Sequence record: MF402939
Reading direction: 5' to 3' (one strand)
DNA: 64,000 nt
From: Escherichia phage OSYSP
Shown: piece after piece, positions 30,199 to 39,671 of the stretch
Position numbering within the stretch: the first letter of the stretch is position 1
Layout of the letters: every line of letters starts with the position of its first letter
Notes under the pieces: generated by a model
The model's input: the letters and a program-made list of their open reading frames with translations, nothing else
The model's database searches: none
What the model was told of the DNA's origin: nothing
Translations under genes and position numbers: made by a program

Positions 30199-30809
30199 AA
30201 ACTTTCCCGTAAATTTAATGAGATGCCGGAATATGTTCCGTTATTATTTAATGTAGATCCGAAAGCATCACCATTCATGAGTTTTGTTCTAAACAGTATC
30301 CCATTAAATACTGGTTTTTCAGCTCCAGTAGTCGTTACAAATAAATCAGGGTATACGTTAATAGACCATGAATTACCAGATCTATTAAATGATGTTATTT
30401 TATAAACTTTTGGGTGATTGGATAATTTAAATAAATCACCTGGTTTAGGGATGCCGGTAAGAACACCTTTTGTATCCATAGTAATATTGGAACCTTTTTG
30501 TCCTGCTGGTATATTTACTAAGTTAGTATTGCCCCTAACCCTAAAAGCCTCATACTGAGGTAATATAACATCAATGTAGCCTCCTGTCCTCTTATACTCT
30601 AGAATAAAGGAATCTAGAACACTATATTCATCAGGAAACAATTCTGGGTAAGAAATATTTATACCCCAGTACTGAGCAGATACCTTAACTTCGTTAACTT
30701 TACCATTAGGTAACTCATCACGAATTACTGGGTCATTATCAATCAGGTTAACACTTTCGAATCCTAATCCTGAAAGTTCTGGATTCGTGTATGGGTCTGG
30801 TAATCTCAT
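30195..30809 (-). CDS. Distal tail protein (Dit, pb9-like, 204 aa)
   Basis: Size and position immediately downstream of the tape measure gene. Confidence 0.65.
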   Translation of the reverse strand: MRLPDPYTNPELSGLGFESVNLIDNDPVIRDELPNGKVNEVKVSAQYWGINISYPELFPDEYSVLDSFILEYKRTGGYIDVILPQYEAFRVRGNTNLVNIPAGQKGSNITMDTKGVLTGIPKPGDLFKLSNHPKVYKITSFNRSGNSWSINVYPDLFVTTTGAEKPVFNGILFRTKLMNGDAFGSTLNNNGTYSGISLNLRESL

Positions 30810-30887
30810 AGTTAATTTCTCCTCTTAGATACAATTATTATAATAGTATTAGAAAATTTTATCAAGAAATTTTTATTTTTCCATATA

Positions 30888-30913
30888 GAAAAGGAGGACT
30901 CAAAGTCCTCCTC
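30888..30913 (-). terminator. Hairpin terminator after the tape measure gene (GGAGGAC ... GTCCTCC + T-run), followed by a TATGGAAAAATAAAAA element
   Basis: Read from the minus strand. Confidence 0.5.
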
Positions 30914-30918
30914 CAGTT

Positions 30919-33900
30919 TTAAGAATTTCCTAGTGTTTTTAGGCTAGCACCATTCTCATTCAGAGCTAGTTCTACTGCATCCCTCAGAGCACCGCTATTA
31001 CTAGAGGCGAACTCTCTAAAACTAGCAGCATCCATAGCACTAATATTCAGGATGATAGGTCTTCCTGAGATTGAATTAGAGGAATTTTTTAACTCATCAT
31101 TAGGTGTAGCTTTCATAGGAATCATAGGTGTAATTACTTCTGTACCATGTTCTCCCATCTGGTAGCTAACCCCTGGGTACATATTACCACCTTCGGCACG
31201 AGGCACAAATGAATTAGCATTACCAATACCTTGATCACCACGTATATAGGATAGTTCCCCAGCGTTAGCAGACATAGATACATCAATGTTCTTCTGACGC
31301 TCTCCAAGAGTTAAATAACTAGTAGTATCCGCTCCAGAATCTGCAATACTTGACATACTAGAGGCAGAGGATGCCTGCGCTAATGCCAGAGCACCTGCTA
31401 ATCCTGCCGCTACCATCAGAGGGATAGAGAACGGGTATGGTACAGCTGTTGCTGCCTGCATAACTGCTACTGCAGTTTGGATGATAATCTGCTTCTTAGC
31501 TGCATCTTGTTGAATCTTCAGCTTTTCAGCTTCTAGCTTCTTCAATTTAGCTTTAGATGCTTCTGATTTACCATCACGTTTCTGCTCCGCTGCGATAGCT
31601 GCATCAATAGCACTAACCTGCTGACTAGTACTGTATTGAATCATAGAAGCCACAGTTTGCATACCAGAAGCAATCAAGGAAGTAGTATCTAGAGATCCCT
31701 GAGAGAACTGAATCATAGCATTAGTTAAGTTACCCATACTTTGTGCTACTGCAGTTGCTTCAGAATTTAGCTCAGATAGCTTAGAGATTGCTTGGTCATA
31801 AGAAGCCATTCTATTTTGCATATCAGCAAAATCTTTATCTTCTCCAGATAATCCCGTTGTAGGAGTGTACACAGCACCTACAGAGGATCCTACCTGTTGT
31901 TGCATTTGAGCATTACGTTGCGCCGTTAAAGCAGACATTTGAGCCCTTGTCTTAGCTATTTCAGCATTCCAGCGCATTTGCTCGTTAGCATTACCTTTGG
32001 TAAGTTCTTTCATCTGAGTATAAAAATCTAACTGCATTTCCATTTTTTGCATTTCCCCTGCCAGAGGGAACATGGAAGTTAGAGTATTTTCAAAGGCTTC
32101 TTGCCTTTTACTGGTCATTTCAGCTTGCTGATCCTGACGGAATTTCCATATTTCACGTTCAATTTGAGCTTGAGAACGTCTAGACTGTTCAGCCTCTTTC
32201 TGTTTATCAGCCTGTTTTGTATACCATTCGTACTTCTCTTTTTCAATGGTCAATTCAAGATTTAACTGTGCTAGACGATACTGAGTATCTGTCATAGTAC
32301 GGTTATTTAAGAGAGCTATCTCACGATCTACACCAAGAATTTTATCTGTGTAATCCTTGACCTTCTTCTGAGCTTCCATACCCTGATTAGTAAGTTTAAG
32401 TTTCTCCAGCTGAATTTTTTCAATTTCTTTCTCAACAGCTTTATTTCCCTGGTTTGTTTGAAGAACACGGCGTAAAGCAGCTTCTTGCTCTTCTAACTGT
32501 TGGAGTTCTAAACGTCTACCAGCTTCCTGAGCCTTTTCCTTATCCTTAGTTTGATTATACACATCAGCTATTTTCTGTTGAACTGCTAACTGATTTTTAG
32601 TTTCATTACCAGTTAGTTTAACATACTCAGATAGAGCCTGAGATGCAGTTTTCATTTCAGACAGGGTGTTATAACCCAGGTTAAGGTTTTTAACATATTC
32701 ATCGGCACTCTTACCGGTACCTAAGGATAGAGATTCTATATTTTTTATAGCATCTGCCAAAGTAGCACTAGTTTTAGCAGCAGTATCTGTATTATGAGCA
32801 ACGTTCTGTATATCATTAGCTAAGTCACTAGCCGTTTTCTTAGTCTGATTGTACGCTTTCTGCTGCTCAGTTAGTCCTTTTAATACAGTAGAGTTAAAAT
32901 CGTATACAGCATCAGGATCAGTAGTATCTCTCTGTAGATTAATTTGCTTCTGAAACTCTGGACTAGCCTTTGCAGCAGCGGCACCAGCAGCTTGATACGC
33001 TGATTTCCAAGCATTGAGATTCTCTGTAGAATCCTCTACTTCCTTACCAAGTCTAGTTACTTGTAGACCCATAGCTGCAGTTTCTGCTACAAATTGCTTA
33101 TTGGCCTCCGAAGCACCTGCTGCTGCAAGACCAACAGGAATACCTTCACCAACTTGACGTATAGCTAATTTTGTATAGAAATCTGCTTGTTCCATTCGTT
33201 TATCAAACTCAGATTTTAGCTTATTACGCTTATCAAGAGATTCCTTATACATATCTAGAGCTTTATTATAGCCTTCTTCAGAAGCAGCTAAACTTAAAGC
33301 AACAGCACCAACGTTGGTAGGGTCTATCTGTCTATTAGTTTTTTCTTGGGCCCTAGCTGCTTCAGCAGATATAGAAGCCTGAGATGTATAAAATACTGTG
33401 TTGATAGCATCAATTACTGGCCCTAAATACTTAGCAGCAGCTTGTTGTATTTTTCTTAGTGCAGCATCTGCATTAGCAGCAAATTGCTCCCACGGAGTTG
33501 CACGTAGTACTTCATCTAGGTAGCCAAAACGCTTAGTAGATTCAGCAATTACCGCGTTAGCGTATGCTTGTTGCTTCTGGAAAGTGGTAAGACTATTAAC
33601 ATTATATGTTATACCTGTGTTTGCAGCATTTAACTGTTTAACATAATCAGCGTATGCATCATTAAGACGGATGGTGACACCCAGCTCATCCAGAAGTTCG
33701 ATTTCTTGTTTAGATACGCCCTTAATTACACGGTTAAGTGCATCAGTCATATCAACGCCAAGAACAGCAGCCGCACGACGAGCTACTAAACCAAATTTAT
33801 TAAGTTGTTCGGCATCAAATCCATAAGCAGATGCTGAAGATGCCTGTCTCATTGCTTCCTCAAAAGAAATAGCATATCCAGCAGCTTCTTGTAGTGATCT

Positions 33901-34602
33901 AGCAAGGGTCTGAACAGGAGTACCTGTCTGAGTACCTACTATAACACCAAATTTTTCTAGACGATTTAGCTGATCACCTAGTTTAAGTTGTTCAAATGCT
34001 GATTGCAAAACGAAGATGTTGGAAGCAAGAGCTGCGTACATAATAGGTAGACTACCACCGATCTTAGCCATTGCCGCAAAATCACGAGTTGCACCACGTG
34101 CTGAACCAGAAGTATTACCAATAGCTCTAGAAGCTCTACCAGCGGCACCAGCAGTATCATTAAAACCCCTAGCTGTGCCACCTAATGCTCTATTAGTATC
34201 ATATAATCTATCCTGGACTTTTTCTGTTGCAGCTGCAACATCATTACCCATTGTTTTAACAGATCTAGAAACTCCATCGAATCCAATTTCTAGTTTATCT
34301 GTTACTTCAATAAGCTGGATAGCTAGGTAATCTAGTTTATCACCAATATCATTAATAGATTTGGTGATACCAGCCATACCCCTACTAGCTTGCATTTTAG
34401 TAAGACTTTTTGCTGCTCTGTCTGCTGCCCTCTCAATGGAATAAAGAGTTTTGGGCATTTTACCTAACTGCTCATTTGTTAGTTCGGAAGCAGCAGCAGC
34501 ATTTTCCAACGCATCAGATACGTTTTCAATAGACTTTGCAGTACGAGTTGCCCCCTTCTGTTTAACGTCTATTAGTAATTCTCGTATTAGCTTATCAGTC
34601 AT
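30919..34602 (-). CDS. Tail tape measure protein (pb2-like, 1227 aa)
   Basis: Length; long coiled-coil regions; position between chaperone genes and Dit. Confidence 0.85.
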   Translation of the reverse strand: MTDKLIRELLIDVKQKGATRTAKSIENVSDALENAAAASELTNEQLGKMPKTLYSIERAADRAAKSLTKMQASRGMAGITKSINDIGDKLDYLAIQLIEVTDKLEIGFDGVSRSVKTMGNDVAAATEKVQDRLYDTNRALGGTARGFNDTAGAAGRASRAIGNTSGSARGATRDFAAMAKIGGSLPIMYAALASNIFVLQSAFEQLKLGDQLNRLEKFGVIVGTQTGTPVQTLARSLQEAAGYAISFEEAMRQASSASAYGFDAEQLNKFGLVARRAAAVLGVDMTDALNRVIKGVSKQEIELLDELGVTIRLNDAYADYVKQLNAANTGITYNVNSLTTFQKQQAYANAVIAESTKRFGYLDEVLRATPWEQFAANADAALRKIQQAAAKYLGPVIDAINTVFYTSQASISAEAARAQEKTNRQIDPTNVGAVALSLAASEEGYNKALDMYKESLDKRNKLKSEFDKRMEQADFYTKLAIRQVGEGIPVGLAAAGASEANKQFVAETAAMGLQVTRLGKEVEDSTENLNAWKSAYQAAGAAAAKASPEFQKQINLQRDTTDPDAVYDFNSTVLKGLTEQQKAYNQTKKTASDLANDIQNVAHNTDTAAKTSATLADAIKNIESLSLGTGKSADEYVKNLNLGYNTLSEMKTASQALSEYVKLTGNETKNQLAVQQKIADVYNQTKDKEKAQEAGRRLELQQLEEQEAALRRVLQTNQGNKAVEKEIEKIQLEKLKLTNQGMEAQKKVKDYTDKILGVDREIALLNNRTMTDTQYRLAQLNLELTIEKEKYEWYTKQADKQKEAEQSRRSQAQIEREIWKFRQDQQAEMTSKRQEAFENTLTSMFPLAGEMQKMEMQLDFYTQMKELTKGNANEQMRWNAEIAKTRAQMSALTAQRNAQMQQQVGSSVGAVYTPTTGLSGEDKDFADMQNRMASYDQAISKLSELNSEATAVAQSMGNLTNAMIQFSQGSLDTTSLIASGMQTVASMIQYSTSQQVSAIDAAIAAEQKRDGKSEASKAKLKKLEAEKLKIQQDAAKKQIIIQTAVAVMQAATAVPYPFSIPLMVAAGLAGALALAQASSASSMSSIADSGADTTSYLTLGERQKNIDVSMSANAGELSYIRGDQGIGNANSFVPRAEGGNMYPGVSYQMGEHGTEVITPMIPMKATPNDELKNSSNSISGRPIILNISAMDAASFREFASSNSGALRDAVELALNENGASLKTLGNS

Positions 34603-34614
34603 GTTTTATTTTTC

Positions 34615-34652
34615 CCAATAAAAAAGGCTCTGGGCAAATCACCCAGAGCCAA
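34615..34652 (-). terminator. Hairpin plus T-run (GGCTCTGGG ... CCCAGAGCC, TTTTTT) followed by ATTGGGAAAAATAAAAC and the tape measure start codon
   Basis: Read from the minus strand. Confidence 0.5.
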
Positions 34653-34685
34653 GCCTCATCGTGGAACGCCCATTGGAGGAAACTT

Positions 34686-35054
34686 TTACCGTGCACGAGA
34701 TCTAGCATGTGGCTTAACGTTAGGAATCCTTCCGTTTTGCGGTTTATGCTTCTCAGCACGCTTACGTGCAGCATCTACAGCTTTAGCATCAAATATATTG
34801 ATAATGTGTAGAACAAATTCTTTTTCTATAGGATCAGTAATCCCATAAATATCAAATAAAACACCTAATGCAGCCTTATCCTTACCTATAAAAATAGGAA
34901 AGTCACCCGGTATGAAACAGTCAATCAGACTGTTATAAATATTCATACTAATAGATACAATAGGTGGAAAATCTTCGAGTTCAACAGGCATAGCCTTTGG
35001 ATCAGGTTCTATACCCATTGACTCGCAAAGTATTAAATATTGTTGTTTAGTCAT
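34686..35054 (-). CDS. Tail assembly chaperone, downstream ORF (possible frameshift partner)
   Basis: Position between tail tube genes and tape measure; its frame is open upstream across the preceding stop. Confidence 0.45.
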   Translation of the reverse strand: MTKQQYLILCESMGIEPDPKAMPVELEDFPPIVSISMNIYNSLIDCFIPGDFPIFIGKDKAALGVLFDIYGITDPIEKEFVLHIINIFDAKAVDAARKRAEKHKPQNGRIPNVKPHARSRAR

Positions 35055-35115
35055 TTTAGATGCTGAGCTTTTAATACATTTGTCTGCAAAATCAGCAACA
35101 GCATCTAGGAGTTCT

Positions 35116-35520
35116 TTACGCTTTTGGGCTACGAAAAGTGTCTAAGTGGAACACTGTCTGGTTGATCCAAGAATCAAACGCAGCAGAGTTCTGCATGAGC
35201 ATTACAGCGTTATCGCGGCTAAAAGGAACTTCAGTAGCAGGATCAGCATCTGTTTCAATCAGCATCAGTTTTTCAACGTCACCAACAGTTAAGCCAGTCC
35301 AGCCTTTAATAGCTGCGTCAACAAAGGCTTCAATGAACTTATCGTCATCCTGTACCTGAATCAAAGTACCGTTAACCCATTCATCGCGTTTAGCAGAGGA
35401 AATAACACGTTTAGAAGTAGCACGAGACATGTAGTTAAGTTCTAATTTAAAGTTCGGCATACCTGGGTAGGAAAGAGTAATAGTACGAGTATCAAGAGTA
35501 ATATCTTTTAAATTAATCAT
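35116..35520 (-). CDS. Tail assembly chaperone (134 aa)
   Basis: Position; acidic small protein upstream of tape measure. Confidence 0.45.
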   Translation of the reverse strand: MINLKDITLDTRTITLSYPGMPNFKLELNYMSRATSKRVISSAKRDEWVNGTLIQVQDDDKFIEAFVDAAIKGWTGLTVGDVEKLMLIETDADPATEVPFSRDNAVMLMQNSAAFDSWINQTVFHLDTFRSPKA

Positions 35521-36416
35521 TTTTTAATTTCTCCAAAGAAATCTATTCTCACTGGGTCTGAAGAAGCAGTAGGTATAATATCCCACTCAACTCTATACAC
35601 ATCTGAGAACTCTAGGCGTTTTGTAATACGTGCTGAAGGAAAATCTATAGAAATATTATTATTTCTTATCGTTAAAGGTACATCTATCTCCGGTTCTATA
35701 TTATAAACCATATCTCCTGCAAAACGTTTTAAGTAGTACAGAGAAATGGTTGCCGAAGCATTCATTTCAGTTACATAGGCTCTTTTATTATTATAAATTT
35801 TATTTATATCAAAAACACTCTTATCCTCTCTCCAGGAGCACTGCTGCTGGAAAGATAAAGAGGCAGAAATAAGACCGGGTAAGATGCTGCCATTAGTAGA
35901 AGCTATTACTGGGCTGTAAGACATTACTTCACCCTGTATAATAGAAGCTGCTTCTCTATACGTAGATACTTCTGAGAATTTCCCAGACTCAATACCAACA
36001 TTAAGAATTGGTATGTTCTTATCTAAAGAAAAATCTACCGTAGATACATAACAGTTTTCAAAATATACACAGTTATTATCTTTGTTTACTATATAGATAT
36101 TGAACATAATAGGTTCAATATTACTACTATATAGTGGGAGTAAGAAAGTATTACCTTTTCTATCAAAACCTAACCATTCAAAGAAGTTAGCTTCAGTAAG
36201 AGTATTACTAAAATTTACTGCTAGAGAGATAGAAGAGGGGGTTTGAGCATTTATAATAGAGTCTGCATAGTTAGTTCTACGATGAACAGTCCTACGAAGA
36301 GTCTTGAATTCCTCGTAGGAAGTCTGTATATCATAGTTTGATAGGGCATCAAAATGAAATGCCCTACCATCATACTCAACTATAACTTTTGACTCTCTCA
36401 TTAGAGAGTAGTACAT
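35517..36416 (-). CDS. Tail protein (p140-like, 299 aa)
   Basis: Size and synteny. Confidence 0.5.
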   Translation of the reverse strand: MYYSLMRESKVIVEYDGRAFHFDALSNYDIQTSYEEFKTLRRTVHRRTNYADSIINAQTPSSISLAVNFSNTLTEANFFEWLGFDRKGNTFLLPLYSSNIEPIMFNIYIVNKDNNCVYFENCYVSTVDFSLDKNIPILNVGIESGKFSEVSTYREAASIIQGEVMSYSPVIASTNGSILPGLISASLSFQQQCSWREDKSVFDINKIYNNKRAYVTEMNASATISLYYLKRFAGDMVYNIEPEIDVPLTIRNNNISIDFPSARITKRLEFSDVYRVEWDIIPTASSDPVRIDFFGEIKK

Positions 36417-36420
36417 TTAA

Positions 36421-37818
36421 TTAGCCACCTGCTGTTACAGTAATCTGTTTAGTACCTTTAACTCCAGAACCATCTTTAGCAGTAGCTTCTACAGTTACTT
36501 CACCAGTTTTAGTGGTGTCCGCAGTTAATAGGCCAGATTCTGGATCAATTGTAGCTGCATCACCGGCAGTGATAGCCCAAGTAACTTCCTTATTCTTTGC
36601 GGAAGAAGGAGTAACTTCAACACTCATTTGAAGAGTAGCCGAGTTATTTACTGTAGTAGCATCACCAGCAGATTTAACAGTAATTGCGGTTACAGCATTA
36701 GTAGCACCATCACCATTAACAATCAAGTTATTAATAGTTGTTTTGGTATATTTACTAGAGAAGCCTAAGTAACCTTCGTCACCAGCATCCAGATCAGATG
36801 GAATAGCTTTAAACTCTACTGAAGTACCAAGTACATCATCAGTTTCAATAGTAGGAATATTAACGTGTGCTTGTTTAGCTACCAGAATAGCCGCAGGACG
36901 TTCTTCATCGTATTCACCACCAAGTACTAGAGCAATTTCGAAGCGGTTAACTACCTTCAGAGTTTTGATAAGATCTTTATACAGCTCCATAGAACCAAGA
37001 GACTTATCATTCAGATAAGCAGTTAATGAACCAGTTAATTCAAAAGCACCAGTAAATGAACCAATTGGAATATTAACACGAGACATAATATTCGGGGTTA
37101 GGTACGTGATGTTGTTATTAATAGTGAAAGTACCACCAGTAATAGGAATATCATAAGACTTATTGGTATCCATGTCTTTGATCTTCAAGATCGTTAGTTT
37201 GTTCTTAATATAAGAACCCTGGATAGTCATATAAGTTTCATCATCAATACCTAACTCATCTGGGTCAAATGGTTGCGCATCCAGAGGAATGAGCTGATTA
37301 CCATTACCAGACCAAGTTACACGGCCAATATCTTCGATATCAACGTTAACTTCTGCCTGATTAATCTGACAGGAATCGATATAACTCCATGCTTTATCAG
37401 TCAGAATATAAATATGTAACATTGCTAACTCATGGTAGGAGTTATCTTTGAAGTTAACCATGAAGTTAGCTTCGTTATTGTGTGCCCCTGTATTACCTTC
37501 TAAGTTAATAGCTTTACCACTAGAAAGTGCATGCCATAACATATAGTCAGGAACGATTTGCTTCTGATCATCTTTATTGATATAGGGCAGGATGTAAGTA
37601 GAGAAACTCCACTCAGCCGCGTTTAAAGAGTCATTAAAACGTTTAGAACCACGAGTTGGACGCGGACCAGCTTCATTAACAGTAATATCTGTTGAGTTAC
37701 TGTCCTGACCCCAAGAAATATCATCCTGAACTAGAATCTCTTGCGTGTTGGTCTTATTATGACCAGTCTTAACCGTAGACACGAAGATTCGAGTATTACG
37801 TAATAGTTGTAAAGACAT
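36421..37818 (-). CDS. Major tail tube protein (pb6-like, 465 aa) with C-terminal Ig-like domain
   Basis: Length; C-terminal Ig-like (Big_2-type) segment; position. Confidence 0.75.
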   Translation of the reverse strand: MSLQLLRNTRIFVSTVKTGHNKTNTQEILVQDDISWGQDSNSTDITVNEAGPRPTRGSKRFNDSLNAAEWSFSTYILPYINKDDQKQIVPDYMLWHALSSGKAINLEGNTGAHNNEANFMVNFKDNSYHELAMLHIYILTDKAWSYIDSCQINQAEVNVDIEDIGRVTWSGNGNQLIPLDAQPFDPDELGIDDETYMTIQGSYIKNKLTILKIKDMDTNKSYDIPITGGTFTINNNITYLTPNIMSRVNIPIGSFTGAFELTGSLTAYLNDKSLGSMELYKDLIKTLKVVNRFEIALVLGGEYDEERPAAILVAKQAHVNIPTIETDDVLGTSVEFKAIPSDLDAGDEGYLGFSSKYTKTTINNLIVNGDGATNAVTAITVKSAGDATTVNNSATLQMSVEVTPSSAKNKEVTWAITAGDAATIDPESGLLTADTTKTGEVTVEATAKDGSGVKGTKQITVTAGG

Positions 37819-37844
37819 TTAATTATTTTCTCCTAATCTGTAAC

Positions 37845-38330
37845 TTATCTGCGAAGTGACCTACGTGGAGGCTGATACCTCACTGTTACATTTATTTCTG
37901 CTAAACCATATGGGGCCAGTAGACCCTCATCTGTACTAACTGATGTAATGCTCATATCAGTCGCCTCACATGGGAAGGTCGATCCATTAGGTTTACTAAC
38001 AGTATATTCTAAATTTCCACCTGTGTCAATAACGGTTTTTATATCCGCTACGAGTTTTTCAAGTTGCTCTTGAATGTCTGTTTTCTCTTTATCATACACC
38101 AGGATAGGAAGTTCTAAAAACATCCATTGTTGACCTGAGGGAAGATACTGCCCAGTTTCAGTTCCGATATGAACTGCAACATAAGGAAACTCTCGTATCT
38201 CCTCAAACTTATAAGTTTGACGTGAGACGTTTCCATACAAGTTATTAAAATATTCATCTGGTTGAGAGCCATCCATTTGTTTGGCTATTCGGTCAACCAG
38301 AGCTTGTGCTATACTTGTTCTGTGATCCAT
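37845..38330 (-). CDS. Tail terminator / completion protein (161 aa)
   Basis: Synteny between connector genes and tail tube. Confidence 0.45.
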   Translation of the reverse strand: MDHRTSIAQALVDRIAKQMDGSQPDEYFNNLYGNVSRQTYKFEEIREFPYVAVHIGTETGQYLPSGQQWMFLELPILVYDKEKTDIQEQLEKLVADIKTVIDTGGNLEYTVSKPNGSTFPCEATDMSITSVSTDEGLLAPYGLAEINVTVRYQPPRRSLRR

Positions 38331-38333
38331 TTA

Positions 38334-39101
38334 TTAGGTTCCTTGATTAACCTTAATTTTGTACCTGGAGTGAATTAAGTCTCTTGCAGCTTTAGCTATC
38401 GCCTCTCCAATTAGTCTTTGGGGGTTTCTAGCACCTGGGTAGGGTCGTAATGACAATCTTCGATATGTAGATACTGCAGGATTAAATACTGAATATGGAC
38501 GTACCATATAATTATATGTAACATTTAATTCAGGAGAACCTTTGCTAGTTCCAGCATCTCTAAGCATAACATCTTTAACTTTTAGAGAATTTGCAAAACG
38601 ACCTGTTCTAAATTTAAGTGGAGCTCCTGCTTTTTTCATATCCTTTATTAAGTATTCTTTAGCAACCAACTCCAGAATAACCTTCATATTACTATTTGAT
38701 ACAAAACGACCAGAGGCACCTGTTACTGCACCAGAATATCCATCTTCTACGTCTCTAGGATCCCCAAAGTTTACTTGAACTCTACCAGTAGAACGTTTTT
38801 TACCTACAGAGGATTTTTTACCAGCGGTTGCTTGAATAAGACTTTCTAAAGCACCTAAGTCTCCTGTTAGATCTAAGCTAGAAGAAACTGCTTTTAGAAT
38901 AGAAGCGGTCCTAACATTAAGGAGATCTTGGGATACAGGTTTTGAGAACTTAAAAGATACCTGAGCAACAGTACCATCCCTAGTAGGATCTTTTAGTCCT
39001 GTTTCAACAGAGTATACAACAGTATTCTTATTGTTCTCGGAACGCCCAACATTATCTAGCTGCTCCTTAATAATTTGTGTAGCTAAATCAGAAAGAGACA
39101 T
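38334..39101 (-). CDS. Head-tail connector / tail completion protein (255 aa)
   Basis: Synteny. Confidence 0.4.
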   Translation of the reverse strand: MSLSDLATQIIKEQLDNVGRSENNKNTVVYSVETGLKDPTRDGTVAQVSFKFSKPVSQDLLNVRTASILKAVSSSLDLTGDLGALESLIQATAGKKSSVGKKRSTGRVQVNFGDPRDVEDGYSGAVTGASGRFVSNSNMKVILELVAKEYLIKDMKKAGAPLKFRTGRFANSLKVKDVMLRDAGTSKGSPELNVTYNYMVRPYSVFNPAVSTYRRLSLRPYPGARNPQRLIGEAIAKAARDLIHSRYKIKVNQGT

Positions 39102-39613
39102 TATACTCTCCTGTAAACTTCAATAATAGTACGAATATGCTCTGGAATACCAGATTTAGTATTATTAAATGTAACCGTTTCCCCACCAATTGTTTTAGCT
39201 TGACGGTAATCCTGTTTATGCCAATGATCTACTAGCATACATGCTGCAAGTTTGAGATCCTCAGGAATTGGGTTAAATCCACCTTGTGTGTACTCTACAT
39301 CCATATAACCTTCTGGAGGACTAAATTTAAGAAGTATAACCCCATCAGAGTACAGCCTATATTGCTCAGGGTCTATCTCCTTATCATTAATAGTCATTTT
39401 GGTCACTGAAGTAGCCGAGGGAGAGCTTAAAAAGTATTTTTTACGAGTAGGTTTTGTATTGATTAACTGGTCTACCGCATCAGCATCATCCATACCTAAA
39501 AGGCTAGTAATCAGCGCATTGGCAGCAGTAATCATCATTTCTACTCCAGACTCTAGTTCAGGTCGTTTTAACCCGCCGTATAATCTATAGTCTTCAGCTG
39601 TGATTATTTGCAT
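39101..39613 (-). CDS. Head completion / head-tail adaptor protein (170 aa)
   Basis: Synteny directly downstream of the capsid gene. Confidence 0.4.
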   Translation of the reverse strand: MQIITAEDYRLYGGLKRPELESGVEMMITAANALITSLLGMDDADAVDQLINTKPTRKKYFLSSPSATSVTKMTINDKEIDPEQYRLYSDGVILLKFSPPEGYMDVEYTQGGFNPIPEDLKLAACMLVDHWHKQDYRQAKTIGGETVTFNNTKSGIPEHIRTIIEVYRRV

Positions 39614-39625
39614 TTATTTTTCCCA

Positions 39626-39650
39626 ATAAAAAAGAGAGCCGAAGCTCTCC
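39626..39650 (-). terminator. Terminator after the capsid gene (GAGAGC-TTCG-GCTCTC + TTTTTT) followed by ATTGGGAAAAATAA and a start codon
   Basis: Read from the minus strand. Confidence 0.6.
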
Positions 39651-39671
39651 TTATCGGCTGAAAAGCCTGTA

